A DNA stretch of 64,000 bases from an uncultured Gammaproteobacteria bacterium (lineage in GTDB: Bacteria > Pseudomonadota > Gammaproteobacteria > JABCZS01). Shown in pieces: positions 30,292-40,260 of the stretch. The stretch lies in the NCBI GenBank assembly GCA_963848305.1, contig CAWKDC010000001.1:64001-128000 (forward strand), given 5' to 3'. Numbering within the stretch: position 1 is the first letter of the stretch; the number at the start of each line of letters is the position of its first letter. A model generated the notes under the pieces. It was not told the origin of the DNA, ran no database searches, and saw only the letters and a list, made by a program, of their open reading frames with translations. Both the position numbers and the translations under genes were made by a program.

Positions 30292-32528
30292 GCCCCATCC
30301 AAAATGTCAGCCGGAGAGGCTTCCTGATGGGCGTGCTTTCAGGAGGGGCCTTTGTCCTTGGTGCTTACCTTACCCCGAACGCCGCGCAGGCGGCCCCGGA
30401 GGCCGACACTCCCGCCGATCGAGCTGTCTTTCATCCGAACGTGTTTCTTGGTCTCGAGACGGATGGGACGGTTTACATCATTGCGCACCGGTCAGAAATG
30501 GGAAACGGGAGCCGCACCGCTCTGCCTCGCCTTCTGGCGGACGAAATGGATGCGGATTGGAATCGGGTGAAGATCGTTCAAGCCGTGGGCGATCCGCGGT
30601 ACGGGTCGCAGGATACCGACGCGTCGCGCTCCATTCGCGAGTTCTTTACCTTGATGCGCCAAGCCGGGGCCACGGCGCGGCTTATGCTCGTCCGCGCCGG
30701 TGCTGCCCAATGGTCTGTTCCGGTTTCGGAATGCGAATCCGGCCTCCATGTGGTTGTGCACAGGCCGACGCGCCGCCAATGGACCTACGGGGAACTGGCG
30801 CTCGCCGCCTCGAGACTGCCGGTCCCGAGGAAGGAAGAACTGCAACTCAAATCTCGAACCGCGTGGCGGTATACAGGCAAGGACGCAAGTCTTTACGATC
30901 TCAAGGACATTTGCACGGGGAAGGCAATCTATGGCATGGATGCACGACTGGAAGGCATGGTCTATGCGTCGGTTGAGCATCCGCCGGTTCTCGGAGGGAA
31001 AGTGAAATCCTGCCAGGATCAAGATGCCTTGCGAGTGCCGGGCGTGCGGCAAACCGTGCTCATCGAACCCTTCAAGCCTCCGCATGGCTTCCAGCCGCTG
31101 GGTGGGGTGGCGGTGATCGCCGATAACACCTGGGCGACGTTTCAAGGCCGCAAAAAACTTAATGTGGTGTGGGACCATGGGCCGAATGCCGCCTATAACT
31201 CCGATCAATTCAAGAAGGATTTACAGGAAACGGCGCGGCACCCCGGCAAGGTGATGCGCAATGAAGGGGACGTCGATGCGGAGTTTGCCAAGGCCGGGAA
31301 GACGTTTGAAGCCGAGTATTACGTCCCGCACCTTGCCCACGCCACCATGGAGCCGCCGGTGGCGTTAGCAGATTTCCGGGATGGCAAGGTAACTATCTGG
31401 GCGCCCACACAAAATCCCCAGGGCGTACAGCAGGTCATCGCCCAGGCCTTGGGTATTCGCCCGGAGGATGTGACGTGCCATGTCACCCTGCTGGGTGGTG
31501 GATTCGGGCGCAAGTCGTTTTCTGACTTTGCAGCGGAAGCGGCTGTCCTATCCAAGAAACTGGGACAGCCCGTCAAAGTGGTGTGGAGCCGGGAGGATGA
31601 CATCAAGTTTGATTACTACCTCCCCGTCGCAGCCGTGTACTTGAAGGCGGCGCTTGACTCCACGGGCAAACCGACGGCCTGGCTGCAACGTTCCGCATTT
31701 CCTCCGATCAATTCCACGTTTGACAGCGCGGCGCGTTATGGCGGCTGGGAACTCAAAGGAAACTGGATCGAGGTGCCGTTTGATGTCCAGAATCTTCGCG
31801 TCGAGAGTGGCCCCGCCCAAGCTCACGTTCGACTCGGATGGTTGCGGTCAGTGGCGAGCAACTACCATACCTTCGCCGTCCAATCTTTCGTGGATGAACT
31901 CGCGCATCACACCGGCCAGGACTCTCTTGAGTACCTCTTGGAACTTTTCGGACCGCCCCGCATCCTCGATCTCAATATTCCAAATTACCCACCGGAGCCC
32001 GGATACCCTCTCGATATAGGCCGTCTACGCAGAGTTACAGAGATGGCGGCGGAAAAAGCGGGATGGGGCAGGCGTAAGCTCGGCCAAGGGAGCGGCCTCG
32101 GCATTGCTGCACAACGCTATTCATTTAATTACTGCGCATCGGTCGTGGAAGTTGAAGTAACCGAGAAAGGCGACGTCCGGATTCCGCGCGTTGATACCGT
32201 TGTGGACGCCGGTACCGCGGTTAATCCGGCCAACATCAAGGCACAATTCGAGGGTGCGGCGGTGTTTGGAACCAGCATCGCCCGAAGCGGAGAGATTACC
32301 GCCACCAACGGCATCATTGACCAGTCGAACTTTTTCGATTACCCGGTAGCTCGCATCGACGAAGCGCCCTACCAGACGAACGTCTACGTCATTGACAGCA
32401 ACGCTCCCCCGGCAGGAGTGGGGGAACCGGGAGTGTCGATCATTGCGCCGGCACTGTGCAACGCCATCTTTGCTGCCACCGGCAAAAGGATCAGAGAGCT
32501 GCCGCTTTCGAAAAATCGTCTTGCGTGA
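30288..32528 (+). CDS. Molybdopterin-binding subunit (IorB-like) with Tat signal
   Basis: [56 protein letters not shown]. Confidence 0.92.
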   Translation: MSPIQNVSRRGFLMGVLSGGAFVLGAYLTPNAAQAAPEADTPADRAVFHPNVFLGLETDGTVYIIAHRSEMGNGSRTALPRLLADEMDADWNRVKIVQAVGDPRYGSQDTDASRSIREFFTLMRQAGATARLMLVRAGAAQWSVPVSECESGLHVVVHRPTRRQWTYGELALAASRLPVPRKEELQLKSRTAWRYTGKDASLYDLKDICTGKAIYGMDARLEGMVYASVEHPPVLGGKVKSCQDQDALRVPGVRQTVLIEPFKPPHGFQPLGGVAVIADNTWATFQGRKKLNVVWDHGPNAAYNSDQFKKDLQETARHPGKVMRNEGDVDAEFAKAGKTFEAEYYVPHLAHATMEPPVALADFRDGKVTIWAPTQNPQGVQQVIAQALGIRPEDVTCHVTLLGGGFGRKSFSDFAAEAAVLSKKLGQPVKVVWSREDDIKFDYYLPVAAVYLKAALDSTGKPTAWLQRSAFPPINSTFDSAARYGGWELKGNWIEVPFDVQNLRVESGPAQAHVRLGWLRSVASNYHTFAVQSFVDELAHHTGQDSLEYLLELFGPPRILDLNIPNYPPEPGYPLDIGRLRRVTEMAAEKAGWGRRKLGQGSGLGIAAQRYSFNYCASVVEVEVTEKGDVRIPRVDTVVDAGTAVNPANIKAQFEGAAVFGTSIARSGEITATNGIIDQSNFFDYPVARIDEAPYQTNVYVIDSNAPPAGVGEPGVSIIAPALCNAIFAATGKRIRELPLSKNRLA

Positions 32529-32553
32529 GAATGGGGAGCAGCAGTTACCGCCT

Positions 32554-33120
32554 TTACGCAAAGTCCGGCGCCAGCTCCTGCAATTGCACCGGGGTGAGTT
32601 TTTGTTCGGCCAGATATTTCGGGTGGTCAATGACAATCCTGGCCCCGCGCGGGAACGCCGCCATCTGTTCAGGACTAAGCTGGAATTTAATGTACTGGAC
32701 GGCGCTGAGTCGATCGGTGGAGATCTGGCGGTCGTCGAACCGCGCTTGGGACCGCTGGCCGCCCGCTTCAAGCCAGATGTGATGTTCCAGTCCCAGCAGG
32801 TTACGCAGCCAGAGGTCGCGTTCGGCGGGGGCTTCGTACTCAATCAGCAGGCATGCGGAAAGCTCACCGGCCGCAGGGATCAGGTCGTTGTAAGTCTTGA
32901 CCTCATGGGCGATCTCGTGGGGATTTTGCAACCGCTCGATCCGCATCATTTCCTGAATCTGGTAGCGTACCGTGTCGCGATTTTCGAACAGAAAGGTCAA
33001 ATGCCCGCCCACGCGAATGCGGCGCCGATCCTTGAGGGCCATCATTTGGGGCCGCCACTCGGCGCGCATGATTTCGTAGTCGGCAATGTGTTTGATTTCA
33101 GAAACGTCGATCAATTTCAT
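32554..33120 (-). CDS. DUF3501-family protein
   Basis: K..RRI.VG..LTFLFENRDTVRYQIQEM.RIE, YNDLIP, SAVQYIKF; typical partner of rubrerythrin. Confidence 0.85.
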   Translation of the reverse strand: MKLIDVSEIKHIADYEIMRAEWRPQMMALKDRRRIRVGGHLTFLFENRDTVRYQIQEMMRIERLQNPHEIAHEVKTYNDLIPAAGELSACLLIEYEAPAERDLWLRNLLGLEHHIWLEAGGQRSQARFDDRQISTDRLSAVQYIKFQLSPEQMAAFPRGARIVIDHPKYLAEQKLTPVQLQELAPDFA

Positions 33121-33175
33121 AGATCGAATGCCTCCATAGAGCAATGGATGCAAGAGCCAAAAGGCCGAGCACCGC

Positions 33176-34507
33176 TCAGCCCTGCTTCGGCTCCAGGGGA
33201 TTAACCGGTTTGGCAAAGCCGTCCGCGCGGTAGGCGCGGGCCAGCACCTGAAGAGGATGAATCGGCCGCTGCCCGATCGCCTGCTGAAAGTGAATCGCCG
33301 CCAGCGGGCAATCGGTGGCCATCACTTTGGCCCCGACGGCCTGCATCTGGTCAAAGGCCTTCTTGCCGGTGAGCAGGGAGAGGGGGAAAAACTCCTTGCG
33401 CATCGCCCACGTGCCATCGTGGCCGCAGCATTGCTCCACCATCTTCACTGTCGTTCCGGGAATCAGGCGCATCAGGTCGCGGGAACGATAGCCGATATTC
33501 TGGGCGCGCAGATGGCAGGGCACGTGGTAGGCGACCAGCTCCGGCGTGCTGCGGAAATCGCGGTTGAACTTGCCCTCTTGTTTGAGTTGAAACAGAAACT
33601 CGCAGGGATCCATGGCGGCGGCCGCCACCTCGCGCGCTTCCGGCGTGCCTACCAGTTCGCCATACTCTTTGCGCATCATGTAAGAGCAGGTGGGATTAAC
33701 CGCCAGAACCTTCTTCCCTTCCCGGACGTACGGCAGCAAGGTCTCCACGTTCTGCCGCGCCAGCCGCTTGGCCAGCTCAATGTCACCCGCTTCCATGGCC
33801 GGCATGCCGCAACAATTCTGCTTCGGCAGGCCCAGGGCGATGCCGTTCCGGGAAAAAACTTCCATCAGGTCCTTGCCCAGGTCAGGATGGTTGTAGTTCA
33901 CAAAACAAGTACTGAAAAGCACAGCTTTGGTGGGATCGCCGGCGGGGGGCGGTTGCTTGCGGTACCAGTCTTCAAACAGCTCACCGTGGAATTCCGGAAG
34001 AAGCTTGTCCTTGTGGATACCCAGCCCGAATTGAAGCCCCGCACGCAGCAGCGGTTGACGGTTGGCCCAGTTGGCCAAGCCGGGAGTGAGCTTGGCCATT
34101 TTCCCCATCATCTCCGGCCGGGACAAAACGCGGTCACGCAGCGTGAGGCCGCGCCGCTTCTGCCGGACGGCGTGGGCGCGCGTGACCAGGCGCGGAAAGT
34201 CGAGCTGAAATTCGTGCTTGTCGTCGGGCGTGTAGGGGCACTTGACGTAACAAATTTTGCATTGAAAGCAATCGTCGAGGATCTTGTCCGTCTCCTGCGG
34301 CGTCAATTCAGCGTGATCACCCACCTGGCGGTCGAAAGCGTTGAACATGGCCGGGAACGAAGGACAAAGATTGAAGCAAAGGCGGCAGCCGTTGCAGATT
34401 TCGAAGACGCGCCGCAACTCCTGCCTCAAACCCTCGGCATCCCAGTAAATCGGGTTATTCGGATCGTATGTCAGGCTAGCGGTGGGCGCGCCTTTGATGA
34501 TATCCAT
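33176..34507 (-). CDS. Fe-S oxidoreductase (GlpC/heterodisulfide-reductase-like; CCG domains)
   Basis: CNGCRLCFNLC, CFQCKICYVKCP, CCGMP, HVPCH, CCGHDG, TDCPLA; start 34507 or 34543. Confidence 0.88.
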   Translation of the reverse strand: MDIIKGAPTASLTYDPNNPIYWDAEGLRQELRRVFEICNGCRLCFNLCPSFPAMFNAFDRQVGDHAELTPQETDKILDDCFQCKICYVKCPYTPDDKHEFQLDFPRLVTRAHAVRQKRRGLTLRDRVLSRPEMMGKMAKLTPGLANWANRQPLLRAGLQFGLGIHKDKLLPEFHGELFEDWYRKQPPPAGDPTKAVLFSTCFVNYNHPDLGKDLMEVFSRNGIALGLPKQNCCGMPAMEAGDIELAKRLARQNVETLLPYVREGKKVLAVNPTCSYMMRKEYGELVGTPEAREVAAAAMDPCEFLFQLKQEGKFNRDFRSTPELVAYHVPCHLRAQNIGYRSRDLMRLIPGTTVKMVEQCCGHDGTWAMRKEFFPLSLLTGKKAFDQMQAVGAKVMATDCPLAAIHFQQAIGQRPIHPLQVLARAYRADGFAKPVNPLEPKQG

Positions 34508-34597
34508 GGGATCGGCTCCGGCAAAGCTGGGTTCGGTCAACACGACGGCGCGGACGCCGTCGTGTCGCCCTGTAGGTAATAAATACCGAATGTTATG

Positions 34598-35020
34598 TTA
34601 GGAAATGCTATCCAGACCTTTTTGGAATCGTCCCGCGTGGGATTTCTCCGCCTTAGCCAGGGTCTCAAACCAATCCGCGATTTCGGTGAAGCCTTCCTCG
34701 CGCGCGGATTTGGCCATTCCGGGGTACATGTCGGTGTATTCATGGGTTTCGCCGGCGATGGCGGCCTTGAGGTTATCCGATGTGTCGCCGATGGGCAGGT
34801 CGGTGGCGGGATCGCCTACGGCTTTCAGGTAATCCAGATGTCCGTGAGCGTGACCGGTCTCGCCCTCCGCTGTATCGCGGAACAACCCCGCGACATCCGG
34901 ATAGCCCTCGACGTCGGCCTGCTTAGAAAAGTATAAATACCGGCGGTTTGCCTGCGATTCGCCGGCAAACGCTGCCTTCAGATTCTCGTGGGTTTTAGTA
35001 CCCTTCAGATAAGTTGCCAT
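34598..35020 (-). CDS. rbr: Rubrerythrin (short form, no rubredoxin domain)
   Basis: [40 protein letters not shown]. Confidence 0.93.
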   Translation of the reverse strand: MATYLKGTKTHENLKAAFAGESQANRRYLYFSKQADVEGYPDVAGLFRDTAEGETGHAHGHLDYLKAVGDPATDLPIGDTSDNLKAAIAGETHEYTDMYPGMAKSAREEGFTEIADWFETLAKAEKSHAGRFQKGLDSIS

Positions 35021-35057
35021 GATTCTAACTCCTTGTGATTGAGTATAGACTTCATCA

Positions 35058-35516
35058 TCAAATTAAAGCCTCAGGCTGCGGCGCGCATTGGCCGCAAAGA
35101 CCTAGGAAACTTACACTGTAGCCATCCACCCGGAAACCCCGGGGGAGGGTTTTGTTTAATTGCACAGGGGCCACACTATCCTCGGAAAGATCCAGGATCG
35201 TTCCGCAAGACCCGCAGACAAGATGATGGTGGGGGTCCAGATTGGCATCCAAACGCATCGTCTGGTCAGGAGTACTCATCTGCCTCAGCAGCCCCGCTTC
35301 AAGAAAGGTTTTGATATTCTTGTAAATGGTGGCGAGAGAAATGGAGGGAATCTCCTTGCGGACCTGCTCGAAAGTGTCTTCCGGGGTGGGATGCTGGTCC
35401 GTCCCAGCTAAAATGCGATAGATCACCCACCGCTGATGGGTCATTGCCAAGCCTCGTTCCGTGCAGCGGGAACGAAACAACTCCATCCGGAGATCGAACG
35501 TCTGTTGACCTATCAT
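35058..35516 (-). CDS. Fur-family regulator (PerR-like)
   Basis: THQR, HPT, ISLATIYK, HHHLVCGSCG, GLCGQC. Confidence 0.92.
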   Translation of the reverse strand: MIGQQTFDLRMELFRSRCTERGLAMTHQRWVIYRILAGTDQHPTPEDTFEQVRKEIPSISLATIYKNIKTFLEAGLLRQMSTPDQTMRLDANLDPHHHLVCGSCGTILDLSEDSVAPVQLNKTLPRGFRVDGYSVSFLGLCGQCAPQPEALI

Positions 35517-35537
35517 TATCTAAGAACAAATCGTCAA

Positions 35538-35552
35538 CGATAATAATTATCG
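35538..35552. promoter_or_regulatory. Fur/PerR-type operator
   Basis: Perfect 7-1-7 inverted repeat CGATAAT-A-ATTATCG, 21 bp upstream of the Fur-family gene. Confidence 0.75.
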
Positions 35553-35850
35553 ACTACGCGTTAATCATGCGCCCTGCGCCGAATTTTTGCAATTGAATTC
35601 TTCAGGATAATGCCCCGCCGGGAGAGAAGGTTGGAGGAGATGGCGAAATCACCGCTTTTGCTTTGGGAAGCGCTTTACACTCTTGCTTGCGACACAACCA
35701 CCCACGCGCAATTACCCCTCACCCTTCATGGCGGGTCAAAGGCGCAGACTGCAGTTCTGGCAGCGTTGCCAAAACCCATCGCCTACTTACCCCCCGCAAG
35801 GGATGAGAATGATAACCGCGATCGGCGCGCACGAAGCAGCTTGGATAGTC

Positions 35851-36189
35851 TCAGTGCTTGGCAAGCTTGTCAGCCATCGAAAGCAACAGCCTTCGATTCG
35901 TGCTCGACATCGTCTCGAAAGACTTAATCAGCCTCTTGACCGGCTTGCCCAGGTTCACCTGATCGGGAACCTTAGGCGCGGACGGCTTTCCCTCACCCTG
36001 AAAGAGCAATTGGTACGGCTCCACTTCCAATGCCTTGGCAAATTTTTCCAGGGTTGTAAGCGAGGGGGCTGTGTATCCGCCTTCCACACGAGAGATGTAC
36101 GAGCGCAGGAGACCAGACCGCCGTTCGATGTCGCCTTGCGATAGACCTTTTACTTCACGTAATTGTCTTAATCGTTTCCCTACGTCCAT
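35851..36189 (-). CDS. XRE-family HTH regulator
   Basis: GKRLRQLR..KGLSQ...RSYISRVEGG...PSLTTLEKFAKAL. Confidence 0.92.
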   Translation of the reverse strand: MDVGKRLRQLREVKGLSQGDIERRSGLLRSYISRVEGGYTAPSLTTLEKFAKALEVEPYQLLFQGEGKPSAPKVPDQVNLGKPVKRLIKSFETMSSTNRRLLLSMADKLAKH

Positions 36190-36195
36190 AGGCTG

Positions 36196-36224
36196 ATTAG
36201 AACAGAATCAGAACTTCATGTCAA
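36196..36224 (-). promoter_or_regulatory. Promoter giving a probably leaderless XRE mRNA
   Basis: TTGACA-N17-TCTAAT with TGn, ending 6 nt before the ATG; no RBS. Confidence 0.55.
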
Positions 36225-36576
36225 TCATATTAACTTAATATTTTGACGCCTTACCAAATCCATCAAGATGCCTGACTTGTGCTTTCCGAAAAAGATAGCT
36301 CACAAGTGTCGATTCTTAAATCTCCAATTACTCCCCAACCGGGCGGTGACTCCTTGTATAAACGAAAATTCGCCTACTGCACACGCGAAAAACTCGAACT
36401 CTGCCTACAAATTTAAAACCAGTCACGGCTTGAGCGCGCCTTGCGTCGCCAACATCGAAGCGGTACACTGCGAGGCCCGCCGGCAGCTCGGGTCGGGCTC
36501 CAGCTTGGCGACCGCCCGAAGGAAAAGGAACGGGTGGCAGTCGGAATAAAAGGCTTTATATCAAGAGGAGGCACTT

Positions 36577-38652
36577 ATGGATCAGCCGTTGATGGGTCGT
36601 CGTCGTTTCTTGCAGTATTCGGGAGGTGGGGCCTTGATGATGGCCGCGGGGCTTCCGGAGGCCCGCGCTCAAGTGCAGAGTGCGCCAAGCGCGGTAGTAC
36701 TCGCTTATCGCATTTGGCCGGCCCACTGGGAGACCGATGAAGAGTTTGCGCGCTTGGTGGCTCTCTTCAAGGCCCACCCCCGCGCTGTTGACGAGATCAG
36801 CTTGTTCGATGAAACTTTCCCGCGGCGGGCTTGCGCTTCGCTGGAGCGGCTGGAGCAGGCCGCCGGGACGCTAAAACGGCGAATCGTGGAGCTTCATGGT
36901 TACGGCATTCGCAGTGTAGGTATCAATGTAACTTACACGATCGGCCACGGGGATGTGCCCGGTGCGTTCCTGCCGCCATTGTCCGTCCAGCCGGCGGTGG
37001 GGCATGATGGCACGGTGTCAGATGCTTGTGCCTGCCCCAACAGCCCGGAGTACCGTTCCTACATCAAGAAGCGCTATGCCCTGATGGCGCGCGCCAAGCC
37101 GGACTTCATCTGGGTGGACGACGACATGCGCATGAGTCACCACGGCCCTACGTACCCATGCTTCTGCCCCATCTGCCTGGGGAAGTTTGGCCATGGAAAC
37201 GACCGCGCAGCCCTGGTGGAACAACTCAACGATCCTGGCAATGGTGAATTGCGCCGTGCCTGGACGGAATTCTGCGCCGCTTCGCTGGAAGGAGTGTGCG
37301 TCGATATCCGCCAGGCGGTGACGGAAACCGATCCCACGATCAAGTTGGGTCAGATGACCATCGGGTACAGCCACAGTACTTATGCCGGCTATCCCATCGC
37401 TCGCCTGATGACGGCCCTAGGCGCGCAACGCGGCCGGCCCGGCCACGGCTATTACAATGACGAAACGCCGCGCGGGCTGCTGAGCAAATCATTCGACGTA
37501 GGGCGCGAAATTCGGGATTACCCACCCGAAGTCAAGACCATCGAGTACGAACTGGAGGACTACCCGTACATTTCTCTGGACAAAGCGGTGCGCACGACGC
37601 TCAACGAGTGTACTGCCGCTCTGCTGATGGGCTGTAACGGCATCGCCTTCAATGCCCTCAAAGAGTGCGCAGGAACGCTGGAGGATTATGAGCCCTTGCT
37701 GCGCGGAGTAGCAGCGGAGCGGCCGATCTGGGAAGCGCTACGGGAAGGCGCCGCCGGCTTGCCGCTGGCGGGCTTTTGGCCTGCCGATAACCGCATGCTG
37801 ATGGCCAATCGTAAAGTCGACGCCACGGGATGGTTCTGGGAGCAGGGAGTGTACGATATCCAACGTTCCAATCCTCTGGCGGAAATCGGTCTCCCAATGA
37901 ACCCCGACCCGCATTCGGCTTGCGGCATCCTGCTAGCCGGCAAAGTGGCGGAGGCCTTCAGCAGCGACGAATTGCGTGACATGCTACGCAAGGGGGTCCT
38001 GATGGACGCTTTCGCCCTCTAGGTCCTCTGGTCGCAAGGGCTGGGTGAGCTGACGGGCGTCAAACCCGGCGAGACATTTCCCTCCGGCGTCAGCGAGCGG
38101 CTCACCAGCCATGCGCTGAATGGCCGCTATGCGGGCGACGGACGTGACGCTTTGGTGGGGCCGCAGGACGGCGTCTGCAACCTGCTGCCCGTAGGCGAGG
38201 GGGTTGGAGACCTGGCGCACCTGGTGCGTTACGACGACGTGGATGTGGGGTCCTGTTTCTCGACGTTTACAAATTCGCTAGGTGGCCGCGTCGCCGTGGC
38301 CAGCTACGCTCCCTGGCAGCTCATGGGGCGCGGCGCCATGCGTCATCAATTGCTTGCCGTGGCCGACTGGTTGGCCGGTGGGCGGCTGCCCGTGCTGATC
38401 GAACCCATGGTACGCATCGCGCCTTTAGTGCGGTGCAGTCCGGATGGCCGACGAATTGCCGTGGTCTTGCTCAACACGGCGCTGGAGCCGAGCGGGCCAG
38501 TCACCTTGCGCCTGCGCGCGCATCCTCAGCGAGTGTCGCTGGTTTCGGCGGAGAGCACCAAGCTCTTGCCAGCCCGGCACGAAGGGAACGATACCCTATT
38601 GGATCTACCTTCCATCCCGGCTTGGCGGACAGTGGTTTTACTCGGGCGGTAG
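36577..38652 (+). CDS. Tat-exported glycoside-hydrolase-like protein, interrupted by an in-frame TAG at 38020-38022
   Basis: GRRRFL signal; PDFIWVDDDMRM and CFCPIC motifs; the same frame stays open past the TAG to 38652. Confidence 0.6.
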
Positions 38653-38790
38653 TGCCGCCCCGCACGCCTCTCCACAGGTTTCGCTCAGCGCGGCGCGGGA
38701 GCCCAACGGATCGGTAGTGGTGTCATTTGGAATCGGATCGCTTTCGAAGCGCCGTTTATACCCCGAAGGCGAATTCCGTCCTTATGACCA

Positions 38791-39040
38791 AGAAAGAGGT
38801 TCCCACGGAGCGCACAGAGATGGGCTCACAGAGAGCGCGGAGAACACCGTGGCTCCTCTCCGTATTGCAATATCGCAACTTCTCGTTTTTTGAGCGTCTC
38901 GTAGGGGCTGGGCTTGCCCTGCCCCTGTCATATGTCCATGGCGTGGGACGAGGGCAGGGCAAGCCCAGCCCCTACGAGACGCATGGTTTGCGGCCCCGCC
39001 ACGCTGCGAACTCTGCGTGAAACGCTCTTAAGCCTTCCTT
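38791..39040. repeat. Composite dispersed repeat (shared outer shell + GTAG-type REP core)
   Basis: Ends match 54691-54927; core is a perfect 31-bp inverted repeat at 38894-38924 / 38952-38982. Confidence 0.8.
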
Positions 39041-39100
39041 CTGTAGCGCAGGTCTCACTGGTTTTGACGGAGAGCGCCAAAACCTTACCAGCGAGGCACA

Positions 39101-40129
39101 CTACTGCGAAACAGCGGGCTGCTTCGTCGCGCGTTGGGCTTCCATCGCAAGCCACTCGAGCATAAACAGGGTGAGCGTTGACGCCGGCGCCTCGAGGAGC
39201 GAAGGAATCAAAATCCCAAGGTCCGAGCCCTCGGCGAGATCGCGGTCGTTGCTGTCCGTTAGGGAAAGCACGCGCGCGCCATTCATCCGCGCTTGGGCGG
39301 CGGAGCGGTGCAGGAGTTTCTTGATTTTCGATTGCGAACCGGAAAGAAACAAGATCGCGTCGTCACGCCGGGCGAAGTGGTCGAGTCCACTCCAAAACTC
39401 TGTGGCCTCGATGCCCTCTACCGGAAGGCCGGCTTGGTATCTCATCCGGCGCGCCGCCTGCCAGGCGGGATAGTGGTAAAACCCTCCCCCCACGATGCGC
39501 GCCATGGGGAGGCGCGCGACCTCTGCGGCAACCGATCGGACCACCGACGGAAGCTGCGTGAACACCCAATTGAGCTTTTCCGGTAGCTGATCAAAATCCG
39601 TTTGCACGGGGTCCCACCAAGCCTTGGGTTTTTTCAGCGCACGCATGGCTTCGAATGCCAGGAAATTGATGGCGGCATGCATACAAACCGTCACGCTGGG
39701 CGATTCCACATCCCCTTCTGCCCGCGTTAGGAAAACCTGGTCCGCCAATTTCACCAGCGGGCTATCGGGAGTATTGGCCAATGCCAGCAGCACGCAACCA
39801 TGCTCAAGCGCATCGAGGGCAAGTTCCTGGGCTTCCGGCCAATCTCCCGGGGTCGAAATCATGAGCAGCACCGAGCGCGGCTGCAGGAGGGAGCGAGCGT
39901 AACTCTGGAAAACCTCTACCGGGCGCGATACCACCGGTAAGCCGAGAAAGTATTCCAATGCATACCCAGCCGCTATGCCCAAGGCAGCGCACTCCCCCGC
40001 CCCGCAGACGTAGATGGGCCCATCGCCCCACCGGACCTTGCGCGCTACGGCCCCATATTCAGCGCGGGCCATATCCAGAGTCATGCGCAATGCGCCCGGA
40101 ATTTCTTGGATCTGCTGCCGGTTTGTCAT
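39101..40129 (-). CDS. Double SIS-domain protein (GlmS isomerase/FrlB-like, divergent)
   Basis: QEIPGAL, N.PDSPL.KLAD, G.G..YP; no glutaminase domain. Confidence 0.75.
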   Translation of the reverse strand: MTNRQQIQEIPGALRMTLDMARAEYGAVARKVRWGDGPIYVCGAGECAALGIAAGYALEYFLGLPVVSRPVEVFQSYARSLLQPRSVLLMISTPGDWPEAQELALDALEHGCVLLALANTPDSPLVKLADQVFLTRAEGDVESPSVTVCMHAAINFLAFEAMRALKKPKAWWDPVQTDFDQLPEKLNWVFTQLPSVVRSVAAEVARLPMARIVGGGFYHYPAWQAARRMRYQAGLPVEGIEATEFWSGLDHFARRDDAILFLSGSQSKIKKLLHRSAAQARMNGARVLSLTDSNDRDLAEGSDLGILIPSLLEAPASTLTLFMLEWLAMEAQRATKQPAVSQ

Positions 40130-40148
40130 GAAAATCAACCTGGAAGAT

Positions 40149-40260
40149 CAGAAGTTAGAAGTTAGAAGTTAGAAGCTAGGAGTTAGAAGGTGGAAGTCGA
40201 CTTCTCGCTTCTAACTCCTAACTTCTACGTTCTCTAACTTCTAGCTTCTAACTCCTGACT
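40149..40260. repeat. Hairpin of tandem heptamers, (TAGAAGT)n followed by (ACTTCTA)n
   Basis: Seven TAGAAGT-like units, centre GAAGTCGACTTC, then about seven inverted units. Confidence 0.9.

Noticed and set aside
33257-34579. Long antisense ORFs (also 61362-62921, 57149-58348 and many shorter ones)
   Set aside because: Shadow ORFs opposite well-supported genes in GC-rich DNA, with no motifs.
38020-38022. Pyrrolysine or genome-wide TAG reassignment
   Set aside because: TAG is the normal stop for several genes here, no pyl genes are seen, and a CCWGG-related error or a nonsense mutation is simpler.
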